In this document: positions 26,235 through 40,129 of the stretch, one piece after another | Numbering within the stretch: position 1 is the first letter of the stretch | Layout: every line of letters begins with the position of its first letter | Source: Octopus vulgaris | Lineage: Eukaryota | Length of the DNA: 64,000 bases | Reading direction: 5' to 3' | NCBI GenBank assembly: GCA_951406725.2 | Contig: OX597815.1 | Coordinates: 17,484,001-17,548,000, forward strand | Made by a program: the position numbers and the translations under genes | The notes under the pieces: generated by a model | Told to the model about the DNA's origin: nothing | Seen by the model: only the letters and a program-made list of their open reading frames with translations | The model's database searches: none

Positions 26235-27250
26235 ATAAATCTCAGAGCGAGTTATAAACAGTAGCAGCAACACATTGTGACGTATATCTGCCATTTGAAT
26301 ATTCAAATGGGAAATATACGTATATATATATATATATATATATAAACCGTTCCATATTTTCATCACTTTATCTCATCATCTGAGAGAGTCCCATTATAAA
26401 AACAAATTGAATTTTTGCATGGGAGGGGGGGGAAACACTCTCATCAATTGATTCATGACGCTTAAGTCATTTGAGCTGTCTGCACCTCGTACATCTAAAA
26501 AAAAAAAAACAGAAACAAAATCACTCTCATTTTATGGAGGAGAAGAAAATAGCATTAAAATCAGTATATTTGTTTTTATCGTTTTCTTATTTTTCAGGTA
26601 GCAATAAATAAATATCTTTATTCGCATTTGTTGTCGGTTTTATATTTTAGTACCTTCTTTGAAGGTTTAAAGAAGCCAGAAAAACGTTGTAGATTTTGTC
26701 TTACTTGATGTTGTTTTATCCGGATTTATCTGCAATATCTCATTTCCGCATAGTACTGTTAAATTTAGTGCTGATATAAACAGAAAATGTTATGTTGAAG
26801 TAAAAGTAACTGCTGTTGTAATGTTGGTATTATTATTAGATTTTAGCTCAGTTTTTTCTCACTCGCCAGCTTCTAAAATATTCTATCAACTTCACCATTT
26901 CTCTTTATTTCTTTGTAATTATTGGATTGTCTCTAAATTTTTTTATTACATTAACTTACTTTTATTCTCTTAATTCTGTTTGTTAAGACATTAATTAATT
27001 TTTTGAAAACTTTGTCACAAATATATAATTTTAATTCATTTATATATTTTTAATGACATTTTCATAATTACAATTACCTTTTTCAAACTTAACTACGTTT
27101 AAAATTATGAGTTGTAACAAACAGATCATGTCATTTTTTCTGAGGAGATTCGAGTCCTAAAATCTTCATGCATATTATGTTGTATCCTGAACAATCTAAT
27201 ATCGCCCCACGATCCAGTGAAGAATGATCTACGTTAGTCATGAGCAACTT

Positions 27251-27481
27251 ATTTCTTTATTTTCCACAAGGAGCTAAACACAGAGGGGACAAACAAGGAC
27301 AGACATAGGTATTAAGTCGATTACATCGATCCCAGTGCGTAACTGGTACTTATTTAATCGACCCCAAAAGGATGAAAGGCAAAGTCGACCTCGGCGGAAT
27401 TTGAACTCAGAACGTAACGGTAGACGAAATACTGCTAAGCATTTCGCCCGGCGTGCTAACCACTCTGCCAGTTCGCCGCCT
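27251..27481 (-). mobile_element. SINE A monomer
   Basis: 17-bp TSD TTAGTCATGAGCAACTT at 27234-27250 and 27482-27498. Confidence 0.93.
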
Positions 27482-28027
27482 TTAGTCATGAGCAACTTGC
27501 GACCCGTGGGACTTACTGAATGGCACGACTAACGGAAAATTACCTTGGACTTATTAGTAGTGTGCCCCTCCAGGTAATGAACCATGTCTCTTGTGGCCCG
27601 CTTCTCGTCAAAGGTTGCCCGTACCTGCTCTACGTGGTCACACAATCTGCTGGAAATGCTTGAGATGACAGCCTGATATAAACTATTACAACAAATGACG
27701 ATGTGGCCATAACTGGAACGCTTTACATAGGCCTACTCAATGAGAACTGGCTTAGGGCTAAATAACAGCAGCAACAACAAATATTGCTGTCAATTCTAAC
27801 TCGCAGTGCAGATAATAAAGCAGAGAACTGTGGGAGAACAGGAGACTTATGTACAAGGAATAATTTCAAGACGGTTCCCTCAAGAATCTTATGATACAAT
27901 CGAACCGTTTCACTGGAGAATATTGTGATACAAAATTGATTATCTCTCTCCGCACTTTTTCCTCAATTCCTATCTGTTACTCAAGCCTTTGATTCCATCG
28001 TTCCCCTGTTTATTATTAGTTATTCAG

Positions 28028-28417
28028 TGGAGGCGCAATGGCCCAGTGGTTAGGGCAGCGGACTCGCGGTCATAGGATCGCGGTTTCCATTCCCAGACCG
28101 GGCGTTGTGAGTGTTTATTGAGCGAAAACACATAAAAAGCTCCATGAGGCTCCGGCAGGGGATGGTGGTGATCCCTGCTGTACTCTTTCACCACAACTTT
28201 CTCTCACTCTTACTTCCTGTTTCTGTTGTACCTGTATTTCAAGGGGCCGGCCTTGTCACTCTCTGTGTCACGCTGAATATCCCCGAGAACTACGTTAAGG
28301 GTGCACGTGTCTGTGGAGTACTCAGTTACTTACACGTTAATTTCACGAGCAGGCTGTTCCGTTGATTCGGATCAACCGGAACCCTCATCGTCGTAACCAA
28401 TGGAGTGCTTCCAAACC
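28028..28417 (+). mobile_element. SINE C full length
   Basis: 13-bp TSD ATTAGTTATTCAG at 28015-28027 and 28418-28430. Confidence 0.93.
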
Positions 28418-29622
28418 ATTAGTTATTCAGATTGACGTTATATTTAATACGTTCTTTATAAATGTTTCGAAACAATATTAAGTTTATTATTCTTCTAATT
28501 CTTAAATATGGTGATGACTCTCTCTCTCTCTCTCTCAGCAGTAGGTGACACAAACTAAAATGATTTTCTATCACAAACAGTTCCTTCCTTGATAATCTCG
28601 AATCACCGAGCTGCCAAGAGACGAAACAATACAAGACGAAACACATGTCTCGTAATTAATACCAGGTTGCTCTTTCTACCGAAATTTTCAATATGTTCTC
28701 ATTGTACATCTAATTCTTCGTCTTAGTAACATCTCTTTGTCTCCATTTCCGTATTTGCAAAAACATTTGCTGTGAGATTTCATTCCCCTTAGTCTGTTCA
28801 ACATATTCTATTGGTAACAGAATAGTTGTAATTCTGAGAATATTTTATTATTTCGTTTTTCAGCTATAATTAGATACTCAATCCCTTTGGCTGTCTTAGT
28901 TCATTTGCAGATATTTCCAACAATTTTATTTCTCCAGGCAGTCTCCAGGTTTCGCAGACATTTATTTAACTCTTTTTTTTTATTTTTTGTTCACACTCTG
29001 TCATTGAAATGTTTCTTAACTTAATTATTACTTTGTATCCAATTATTTTCCCTCTTTTATTACAAGCTGTATTTAACAGTAACCTTTCATCTGACGGCTA
29101 TATGGTGTTAGAACATTCTTAAAACTAAAGACAGTGTCTGCAGGTTATATTAATAACAATGGAATCAATTATACTATAAATAGTCTTTTGTTGCTTATTT
29201 TTTTATTATTGGAAAGTATCACAGATATGAGATTGAATAAAGAATTGGGGGGAAATGAAGCAACAAGTCCAACAGGCTTATGTTGGAAAGAGACGAATGT
29301 TTCAATGAAATGAAATAGATATGTTCAAATAATGAGCGCCTCGACAAAGTTCAATATCTTGTAAATTAGAATTCTTTATTAGAACACCAAAGTAATAAAG
29401 TTAAACGTTAAATGTTAGTATTTCCCCTCTTCGGTCTTTTCCTAATCAAGGGCATCTATTGGTGAGGAATTAATTCCGTTGACTTCATGTGAAGAGAGCT
29501 CTATAGTTGTGGTGTTTATCATTATCTAAAAAGCATTGACCCTTAAGGGCATTAAGTGATGTGAATCAGTCCAAACAGACATAAGACACACATTTCGATT
29601 TTGTTCTTGGAATTAGATAGTA

Positions 29623-29992
29623 CTAGCAGTATCGCCCGGCGTTCCTCGGGTTTGTAAGGGAAATAACTATAAAGCATTTTTAGAGAGTTATAGCCAAAAA
29701 CTGGAAAAAAAACGATTGTAAATTTGTTTTAGTTAAAAAGGTCGAGTTGCGTCCCCTAGACAGTCTGTGGTTTGTGTTTCTGATTCTCGACCCCATGCCG
29801 AATTTATCGATTTTTTTCAGAACTGGGGGAACTTTTCAAAATTTTCGCTGCGTTAGTTTTGAATTATGACATTGGGCTATGTGTGTGTCATGTTTCATCA
29901 GAATCGGTTGAAAGCCGTGGTCAGGGTGAGGGTACAAGCAAACAGACACACAGAAACACGCACAGACAAACTGCCGTTTATATATAGAGAGA
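29623..29992 (-). mobile_element. Non-autonomous Helitron
   Basis: Minus strand 5'-TC, subterminal hairpin CCCGAGGAACGCCGGG, 3'-CTAG, inserted between A and T, no TSD. Confidence 0.88.
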
Positions 29993-30110
29993 TTATAAGT
30001 CACAATTAAGGGCTATTTAAAAAGTAAATATCATAGTTGTATTGCTAAAAATCAATGTTTTCTAACGCATTTCCAAGCGTTTAAAATCGATTATATTTTG
30101 GAAGATTATA

Positions 30111-30536
30111 TACTCTTTCTTACTCTTTTACCTTTTTCAGTCGGGTGACTGCGGCCATGCTGGAGCACCGCCTTTAGTCGAGCAACTCGACCCCGGGATT
30201 TATTCTTTTGTAAGCCCAATACTTATTATATCGGTCTCTTTTTTGCCGAACCGCTAAGTGACGGGGACGCAAACACACCAGCATCGGTTGTCAAGCAATG
30301 CTAGGGGGACAAACACAGACACACAAACATACACGCACGCATATACATATATATATATATATACATATATACGACGGGCTTCTTTCAGTTTCCGTCTACC
30401 AAATCCACTCACAAGGCTTTGGTCGGCCCGAGGCTGTAGTAGAAGACACTTGCCCAAGATGCCACGCAGTGGGACTGAATCCGGAACCATGTGGTTGGTA
30501 AGCAAGCTACTTAACACACAGCCACTCCTGCGCCTA
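30111..30536 (-). mobile_element. SINE B full length
   Basis: Matches family B end to end. Confidence 0.92.
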
Positions 30537-30978
30537 TGATTTTTTTTTTCTAATGGCATTTCTGGGTATATTCATTCTTAAGCATTGCTATGATTGACTC
30601 TATTTCTCCCTTAAGACCCCAACAAACAGAAGAGTGCATTCACTATATAACATCATATTTACAAAATCAATTGCTTCTCTGGGTTCAAAGTAAGCAGCAT
30701 TCTATATCTCGAGGTCATCATATATTATCGACGAAAGACTATAAAACTTTATATAACTTTATTATGAAGACACTTTTACTTCAAAACGTCCTGCAGGGTC
30801 AATATGGTCTTCTATAGTTCTCTGCACTTTTGTGACCATCAGTTTTAAACTGACACACTTCCATTGAAGTTTCTATCAATATATCTAACATACACAATGT
30901 AGTTTATTATAGAACAGGTTCAACGTTACTGCATATCTGACATAACTGAACTCTGCATGACCAAGTGATCTTGGTTTA

Positions 30979-31370
30979 TAGGCGCAGGAGTGGCTGTGTG
31001 GTAAGTAGCTTGCTAACCAACCACATGGTTCCGGGTTCAGTCCCACGGCGTGGCACCTTGGGTAAGTGTCTTCTACTATAGCCCCGGACCGACCAATGCC
31101 TTGTGAGTGGATTTGGTAGACGGAAACTGAAAGAAGCTTGTCGTATATATGTATATGTGTGTGTGTGTGTGTTTGTTCCCCTAGCATTGCTTGACAACCG
31201 ATGCTGGTGTGTTTGCGTCCCCGTAACTTAGCGGTTCGGCAAAAGAGACCGATAGAATAAGTACTGGGCTTACAAAGAATAAGTCCCGGGGTCGATTTGC
31301 TCGACTGAAGGCGGTGCTCCAGCATGGCCGCAGTCAACTGACTGAAACAAGTAAAAGAGAGTAAAGAGAG
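30979..31370 (+). mobile_element. SINE B full length
   Basis: Matches family B end to end. Confidence 0.92.
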
Positions 31371-31631
31371 TTATACTAAAACAATTTGAATACGTGTTGT
31401 TGGAAAGAGTCGGTATACAATTTAACATATTTGTCTGCCATTTCTAGCCGCTCGAACTATTGAGTATGGACTTCCCTTATTTTTCTTCTAGTCTGGTGAC
31501 ATGTTGTGGGTTACTTATATGTTATGTCAGTGTATGAACGGAATCATGTAATCTTTAAATAAATTGAAGTACTCAAACACTTGTATCGTTAATAGAGAAG
31601 CATTTATTACAATGGTTATCATAGAATTCAC

Positions 31632-31998
31632 GCATCTTTTCGGTTTGAACGGCAGTTTTTTCTAGCGGTGTCATATGAAATTGTCACCCATAATTATGAC
31701 CCTAGTATCGATCTATTGCATTCCAATTTGTTTTAAGGTTAGGGGTGGGGTGAAGGTATCTTTTTTTCTTCGCAAATGTAAATAAACCCAATCTGTTTCT
31801 TAAACGAGGGACATATTCATACGGCACAGAATGTTTTTTTACCTCAATAGACGTGAGTGATTGGTTGAAATTGCAGAAATTGAAGATAAAAACAACAAAT
31901 ATCGGACAAACTATAGAATTTTCTCAATAAAGCCAAGAGAAAAAAGATGTTTTATAAACACATTCTACCAGTATACGAAGTTTAAAATTTTTTAGTTA
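31632..31998. mobile_element. MITE family D, one end lost, abutting SINE A head (31999-32119, minus)
   Basis: Left TIR present; right TIR replaced by SINE A sequence. Confidence 0.85.
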
Positions 31999-34900
31999 GG
32001 ATGAAAGGATGAAAGGCAAAGTCGACCTCGGCGGAATTTGAACTCAGAACGTAGCGGCAGACGATATGCCGCTAAGCATTTCGTCCGGCGTGTTAACGAT
32101 TCTGCCAGCGCACCGCCTATATGATTAGTAACAATCGTAATTAACACGCTATTTAAATGAAAGAAGGAATGAAATTTTGCAGGTTTATCATTCACTATTA
32201 GACGCATCATCATTCGCAGGGTAGGTGAAAAAAATTTGATGAATCAATTTTAGTGCAGTACTGATATTTATGTTTTCGAAACTTGTGGCTCAGGGCCTAG
32301 AGAGATGAGAAATAAATATTTAAAGAATCATACGTAATACAATTCTAAGTTTAATGCCGTCACGAGTTACTCCATCAAATCTTACTGTTATTTGTGGAAA
32401 GAGGATTATTTTTCTCTATAAAACAAACAAGCACAAGCGAGAAAGAATTGTGAGGAGTTTATTATAAACATGAAATTTCAGTAATTATTTTTAAGAATTT
32501 GAATTATTTGTTAACAGCTAGGAAATAGACAATAGGATTATTTTCTCTTCGGAATTTTCCTACGTTAGTAATAACTATTCAGTATAGGCATTATAACAGT
32601 TAATGATGCAAGCATTAAATAAATCTTTAAAAATAAATCTTAGTGAGATGGCATGAGTAGGTGTGTAGATTAAATGACAAGAAATGCTTGTAAAAAGCGT
32701 CTTTCTGTTGAGTCATACGAACAAGAAAATTCAAAGCAGTAATTTCTATAGCAAAGCGAAATACATTTTCGCTTTCGTTTTTGCATAATGCCTGAGAAAT
32801 ATTTATAGCATACCGAAAAAGTCATAATCTTTAGCATCCCTTCAAACACAACAAATGATTTCAAATCTTCTGTCTAGTCTCCAAATATCTTGGAATTCTT
32901 TTTGCAATTTCAAGCAGACATCTTAGGCCGATCCCAGTAAAACAGAAGTGATTGAACAACACGAGGTAACTCGGTGACATAAGAATAGCAGAATTACATA
33001 AGTACTGTGCATGCATGCATGCATACGGACATGCACACATCTGCATATACATATCTATATGTGTGTATGATTGCACGCTCACTAAGTGAAACTGCATGTA
33101 TGTTCGCGTAGTGTGTGTGTGTGTTTCTGTTTGCTTACCTGTCTCTCTCGATATATGGATTCTTAGACTATTTATATAGCTTGAGAAGACAAACCGATCA
33201 AGTAAAAATACAGACAGTATATTGAAGAGAGAGGGAGCGAATCAAAATTATTATTTTTTTTTTTTTTCGTTTTAAAAGATAAATATTCAAAAACATCTTC
33301 AAAAACTCAGTAAATAAAAAGGAATTTCTCTTTCCTCAACTCTGTGATTTCCTTTCGCTAAAGAACCCTTTATATGTCGAAGCTGCTAATAAATATTTCT
33401 GAAAAATTACTTTTTATTCTGCTCATCAAACTCTTCCGATATCGTTTTGTGTTATACAAAGCTGGCTTTCCTATTTTCAGCAAGATACCAATTTAGATGC
33501 AAGCAATATTTTCTTCTTGTTGGCAATGGCCAAAATAGAACAATTTTCTTGTACTGTTCCTGTATCTGTTTCTAAGAACAAGACGAATGTAAGCTGTTAG
33601 AATGAAAGAGAGCGGTTTATAGATTTTCCGAGTTGTATTATTTTATAGTTCCCTAATCACACAAATTTAACCAATGGTCTATTTTGAACTCACCACGGAC
33701 CAGTTTAGAGCTTATCACCCGCCTGTCTATTATCACATTGGTGTTTAGCCTCAGGTCAGATTTGAGCAAAGGCGTTGCTGTCGTGACCATACAGCTTTTT
33801 ATTTTAATAGCGTATGAGTTCAGGAATATTTGGCTGCTATTTCTCGCATGTAGAGCTACTACACAGTGTTTCCCTTGTTGGTGTTGTTGTCTCTCGATTC
33901 CGATCTTGCAGCAGCAGGAGTTCCAAAATGGATACTTACACAGATACGCACGCACGCACACACACACACACACACAAACACGCGCGTGCTTGGCATAAGG
34001 ATTTATAAACTTTGAGAGAACGTGAAATAATAGTTGTTTTGGAACAGCGGATCTCGAAATAAGAAGCTGTAAATAGTAGCGTGTAAGTATAGAGATAAAA
34101 AATATCCAGGGATAGAAAAAGTTGAAAGCTACCCACGGCTATTTTTAATCTCCCCTGGATTAAATATGCTAGTACTAACTTAACTTCTTTTTTATCATAT
34201 GGATGGCGTCTCTGGGTTTTATTCTGTACAAAAATCTAGTTTTTACACAAATTAATGTATGTTTACTTAGTGATTTTCTCATCCCTACTTCATTTCACTT
34301 AGTACGCTGAGGACTACTTTTTCTGATGAGGTCGTAAGTAGACAGAAACATGCCTTTCCAGAGTTGTCTTCTTAGCTTGTGAGTAAAAAATGAAAGAATA
34401 TTTTTTTTTATTTTCCACACATTTCTTTCTTTGACTCGTATAATTATGGTATTTTGGCATAAGGTGCTGATTGACTTATACTTCCTCCACTGTTTTGTTG
34501 TTTTTAGAGTTGTTTAGGTTCGGCCTCCTCAAAGCAGGGTCGCTGCTGTCTTCGCGAGGCTGCTGTCACGTAAAGATTCGGAGCGTCTTGAATACAACGA
34601 AGGAATTTTTTCATTACATATTCCAGCTTTGTAAACATTATTTGTTGGTTATTGTAATTTTTCCTGCAAAAGCTAAAACACTGCAATTGTGCCTTTCAAA
34701 GGAAATTCACAAATTTAGAATTTAATAATAGCTGTGCCGAACATTTCCGTCATATAAAAAAATAATGACAGCGCTTACTATTTTAATTTCACGTGATTGT
34801 GGAATAACCACTGTGGAATAACCACTGTGATTCTCTCTCTCAAATAACGGGAGTGTGTCATTTTTTTATTACCGTATTTACCTTCATACTATCCGATTTC

Positions 34901-35030
34901 TAAAGCAGGTTGTTTAATTTGCAATTTAGTTTGGCATCATGGACTCATTTTGGATGGATGAAATTGTAGTTAAATATAATACATGAAATCACTGAACGGG
35001 ACTTTTTTCGACACAAAAAATTATAAGGAA

Positions 35031-35426
35031 CTAGAAGTATCGCCCGGCGTTGCTCGGGTTTGTAAGGGAAATAACTATATAAGCATTTTCAGAGAGTTAT
35101 AGCAAAAAAAAAGCAAAAGAATGCATTAAAATGAAAAAAAATTATGGTAAATTTTTTTTTTAATCGTTGACTCATCGTAGACATTTTTAGTGAGTTACTT
35201 CCCTTATATAATAGCGAAAAGATGCATTAAAATGGAAAAAAATTATGGTAATTTTTTATTTTAATCGAAGACTCATCGTAGACGCGCGCTAATACCCAGA
35301 AGGGCTCGATATGAATCACGACTATAAGATACCCGCTTTTGGTTAAACTGCACCGCAAAATGTGGGAGTAGTTAGGAATCTAAATCGTAGGAGATAGACA
35401 CACAACTTCTCTTTTATATATAAAGA
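35031..35426 (-). mobile_element. Non-autonomous Helitron, second subtype
   Basis: 5'-TC..CTAG-3' on minus, A|T site, same 3' hairpin region as 29623 copy, different 5' part, internal tandem duplication. Confidence 0.85.
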
Positions 35427-35589
35427 TGACACGAAGTTCTATTATACAAAATTTAGTAAAAGGAAGACTCGTCAGTATTAATAAACTCATTATCGTATTG
35501 TATTTTTCTTTTTCGTGATAGCAGTGAATAAACACGTATTCTTAATTAAATTAGATAAAAATATATTTAAATTAGATTAAAATACATTA

Positions 35590-35756
35590 TAGGCGCAGGA
35601 GTGGCTGTGTGGTAAGTAGCTTGTTTACCAACCACATGGTTCCGGGTTCAGTCCCACTGCATAGCACCTTGGGCAAGTGTCTTCTACTATAGCCTCGGGC
35701 CGACCAAAGCCTTGTGAGTGGATTTGGTAGAGGGAAACTGAAAGAAGCCCGTCGTA

Positions 35757-35807
<51 letters not shown>

Positions 35808-36010
35808 TTGTGTGTCTGTGTTTGTCCCCCTAGCATTGCTTGACAACCGATGCTGGTGTGTTTATGTCCCCGTTACTTAGCGGTTCGGCAAAAGAGACCG
35901 ATAGAATAAGTACTGGGCTTACAGAAGAATAAGTCCCGGGGTCGAGTTGCTCGATTGAAGGCGGTGCTCCAGCATGGCCGCAGTCAAATGACTGAAACAA
36001 GTAAAAGAGT
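35590..36010 (+). mobile_element. SINE B full length
   Basis: Matches family B end to end. Confidence 0.92.
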
Positions 36011-36276
36011 ATTCCGAAAGTGATAACTTCCATTAAAAACTGTTAGTATTAAGATATATCGATTTGAATCAAACTTGGAACAAAATTATTCTAAATGGAA
36101 TTGTTTTACATTAAAGTAAACTGATATATAATACTTTACTGATTTTGAGCTTCAATAATTGGGACTGAAATTATATTCCTGCATTAAACACATGTAAATA
36201 GGGAACTATGAAAAAAGCATTCATGAAAGTTGTATATCATAAGTCACCGTTTATACACACTAATTAGAACATTTTG

Positions 36277-36669
36277 GGATCTTTTTGTTTTGAACGGCAG
36301 TTTTTTCTAGCGTTGTCATATGAAATTGTCACCCATAATTATGGCCCTAGTATCGATCTATTGCATTTCAATCTGTTTTAGGGTTAGGGGTGGGAGGTAT
36401 CTTTTTTCTTCAGAAATGTAAATAAACCCAATCTGTTTCTTAAACGAGGGACATATTCATACGGCACAAAATGTTTACCTCAATGGACGTCAGTGATTGG
36501 TAGAAATTGAAGAAAAAAAACAACAAATATCTTACAAACTATAAAATTTTCTCAATAAAGCCAAGAGAAAAAGATGTTTTATAAACACATTCTACCAGTA
36601 TACGAAGTTTAAAATTTTTTCGTAATCTAGAATTTATGTTAAAAACTGCCGTTCAAACCGAAAAGATCC
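36277..36669. mobile_element. MITE family D
   Basis: Both TIRs; imperfect TSD GAACATTTT / GAAAATTTT. Confidence 0.88.
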
Positions 36670-37149
36670 GAAAATTTTTGTTTTAAATTTAACCCGCAGC
36701 CAAAAGCTTTTATATTTTTATAAAAGCGCTAGTTTTGAAAAATCGTGAAACTGTAGCTCTTTTATCAACGCCATGAAGCTAAAAAGAAGTAATATCTTCG
36801 AAATGAAATGATATGAAATCAGTTAACACTCCAGCCTACCAAGCTGTCAGATATTGGATATGATCATTGCAAGCGCTGCCAAATTTTTGTGGGAATTAAA
36901 GAAATGGCAAGAGTGCACCTCAAATATACAATATATATAAAAAAAAATTTTAACTAAAAAACATGAAATGTTTATCCCGTTCCCTGTGGATTACTTTTTA
37001 TCTTATCAGCCACTTTTGACGCATTTCACCAGACTATATGAAGCCATTGTTAACATCACGAGGGAATTATGACCAGGGACGGGAAAAAGGAATGAAGCAG
37101 CCACCGTCTATTTTGTTCGTTGAGTACTTAGTCGGTATCTCCCTTTGTA

Positions 37150-37383
37150 AGGCGGCGAGCTGGCAGAAACGTTAGCACGCCGGGCGAAATGCTTAGCGAT
37201 ATTTCGTCTGCCGCTACGTTCTGAGTTCAAATTCCGCCGAGGTCGATTTTGCCTTTCATCCTTTCGGGGTCGATAAATAAAGTACCAGTTACGTACTGGA
37301 GTCGATGTAATCGACTTAATCCGTTCGTCTGTCCTTGTTTGTCCCCTCTGTGCTTAGCCCCTTGTGGGTAGTAAAGAAATAGA
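37150..37383 (+). mobile_element. SINE A monomer
   Basis: 14-bp TSD TATCTCCCTTTGTA at 37136-37149 and 37384-37397. Confidence 0.93.
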
Positions 37384-38588
37384 TATCTCCCTTTGTATTA
37401 CAAAAGCATAACCTTCTAAATGTGACGTGATGTAACATTAAAGAGTACGTATGCGTTATGTGTTTGTGCATGTATGCATATATGCACAATATGCTTTCTT
37501 CGCTTATATTGCATATGTTAACTTCGACTGGACAACTAATTTCTGTTAGTGTACAGCTTTTCTTTTCTCTTAATGTCTCTTGCCGATTATTCATATGTAT
37601 TATACAAAGCTTTTGACTGGAACGTTTCTTCAGTAATTTATTGGTATCAAAGGTGTGTGCGCCCTCTACGTCGTTGTAACCTTTTTTTTTTGTTGAACTT
37701 CGAAACTATTCCCCCGCTGTGCGGTGTTTCGGTCATTAGATCATAACTCAAAGGTTGATATTACCATGTTGACAGTTTCAGACAGCTGCTTATGATGTGA
37801 GTCACATTTTCCATATTAATTTCGTAGAGACTGTATCGATTGTCAAATCTAGGTGTTTTCTTATTTCCTATTCCTTGATGTCTCATATTTATGTTTTGCT
37901 TCGAGAGAAAGAAGCATATATATATATATACATGAATGTATGTGTACATTTATATATGTGTATATATGTATGTATTTTCTTATTTAGCATACATACATTC
38001 TTAGACAAAATATGACGAGATACAAAAATGTAAATTTTATGTTTGTATGGGAAATTCATACAATTAACTAATTGAAATATTTCCCTGGTAAGATCAGAAC
38101 TCTAAAAAGTATGTAATTGTTATGGACTGGCGTTATATTCCCTTGGTATTAATTTACTTCATTATTTATTGTTCTTTTACCAAATCACAAGGATTCATAA
38201 GGATGGTATTTATCTCCATGGAAACCACACATCTGGCAAAGCAGCATGCCAAAGACAAAGCTTCTATAAAATATTTCAGCTCTAGTAAGATACTGACTGT
38301 CTGCAAAGATCAAGTTAAAAAAACCCATTAATGTATTACATATCTGGGATGGCGCTTACACTACATGCACAATCTTGCTCAACCGCATGCAAAAGCAAAG
38401 TCCATCTGTCTGATTGGCAAATAGTCGCTCTAACACCTGCAACACACTACAACTTCTACTCAACGAACGCAGGGCTGCTTCTTTAGGTCATTTCTTCTTC
38501 TTCTTCTTCTTTCTCTTCTTCTATTGTTCTAACATATCCAAGACATCGTAGCCCCGTGTTTTTTTTTTTTTTTTTTTAACACTATATC

Positions 38589-39372
38589 TATTTCTTTACT
38601 ACCCACAAAGGGCTAAACACAGAGAGGACAAACAAGGACAGACAAACGGATCTAGTCGATTATATCGACCCCAGTGCGTAACTGGTACTTAATTTATCGA
38701 CCCCGAAAGGATGAAAGGCAAAGTCGACCTCGGCGGAATTTGAACTCAGAACGTAACGACAGACGAAACACCTATTTCTTTACTACCCACAAGGCGCTAA
38801 ACACAGAGAGGACAAACAAGGACAGACAAACGGATCTAGTCGATTACATCGACCCCAGTGCGTAACTGGTACTTAATTTATCGACCCCGAAAGGATGAAA
38901 GGCAAAGTCGACCTCGGCGGAATTGGAACTCAGAACGTAACGACAGACGAAACACCTATTTCTTTACTACCCACAAGGGGCTAAACACAGAGAGGACAAA
39001 CAAGGACAGACAAACGGATCTAGTCGATTACATCGACCCCAGTGCGTAACTGGTACTTAATTTATCGACCTCGAAAGGATGAAAGGCAAAGTCGACCTCG
39101 GCGGAATTTGAACTCAGAACGTAACGGCAGACGAAATACCTATTTCTTTACTACCCACAAGGGGCTAAACACAGAGAGGACAAACAAGGACAGACAAAGG
39201 GATTAAGTCGATTATATCGACCCCAGTGCGTAACTGGTTCTTAATTCATCGACCCCGAAAGGATGAAAGGCAAAGTCGACCTCCACAGAATTTGAACTCA
39301 GAACATAACGGCAGACGAAATACGGCTACGCATTTCGCCCGGCGTGCAAACGTTTCTGCCAGCTCGCCGCCT
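38589..39372 (-). mobile_element. SINE A tetramer
   Basis: Units at 38589, 38773, 38957, 39141; exact 184-bp period. Confidence 0.95.
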
Positions 39373-39700
39373 CATCACTCATACTATATCATATCCGCCA
39401 CACAGCTTGAACTAAACATAAAGCTCAGTAACCACTGAATCGCCGCCTACTACGTTTTCCTACGTGGAACAATATGTAAAGTTTGAGCTAAGCATCAACT
39501 GCACCACTCTTTCCCCCCACCAACCTAAAAGTTTTGTATAGGCCAAGAACGCAGACCCTCTTTTTTCACCGAAATTATTTAAAATCTTCTGTTGTTTTCT
39601 CGTACGTTTATATTTAAAGTGGTAGGGTTTATTTCAAAGTGTTGTACATATTTTGTGTCGTTCTTTTTAAAAAGATTCTTAATAATTTAAAGGAAGTTTT

Positions 39701-40129
39701 GGATCTTTTCGGTTTGAACGGCAGTTTTTAACATAATTTCTAGGTAATTAAAAAATTTTAAACTTCGTATACTGGTAGAATGTGTTTATAAAACATCTTT
39801 TTCTCTCGGCTTTATTGAGAAAATTCTATAGTTTGTAAGATATTTGTTGTTTTTTTTCTTCAATTTCTGCAATTTCAACCAATCACTGACGTCCCTTGAG
39901 GTTAAAAAAACATTCTGTGCTGTATGAATATGTCCCTCGTTTAAGAAACAGATTGGGTTTATTTACATTGGTGAAGAAAAAAAGATACCATTCCCCCCAC
40001 CCCTAATCCTAACTAACCCTAACCTTAAAAGAGATTGAAATGCAATAGATCGATACTATGGTAATGATTATGGGTGACAATTTCATATGACACCGCTAGA
40101 AAAAGCTACCGTTCAAACCGAAAAGTTCC
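39701..40129. mobile_element. MITE family D full length
   Basis: Both TIRs; perfect 8-bp TSD GAAGTTTT at 39693-39700 and 40130-40137. Confidence 0.92.

Noticed and set aside
28028-28100. tRNA gene
   Set aside because: A/B boxes continue into a 390-bp SINE body with TSD; SINE heads, not tRNAs
26600-29120. Possible decayed RT remnants at about 26600-27060 and 28560-29120
   Set aside because: Motif echoes too weak to assign without a search
38674-39438. Repeated small ORFs MRNWYLIYRPRKDERQSRPRR..
   Set aside because: Antisense translations of SINE A from non-ATG starts; no coding evidence
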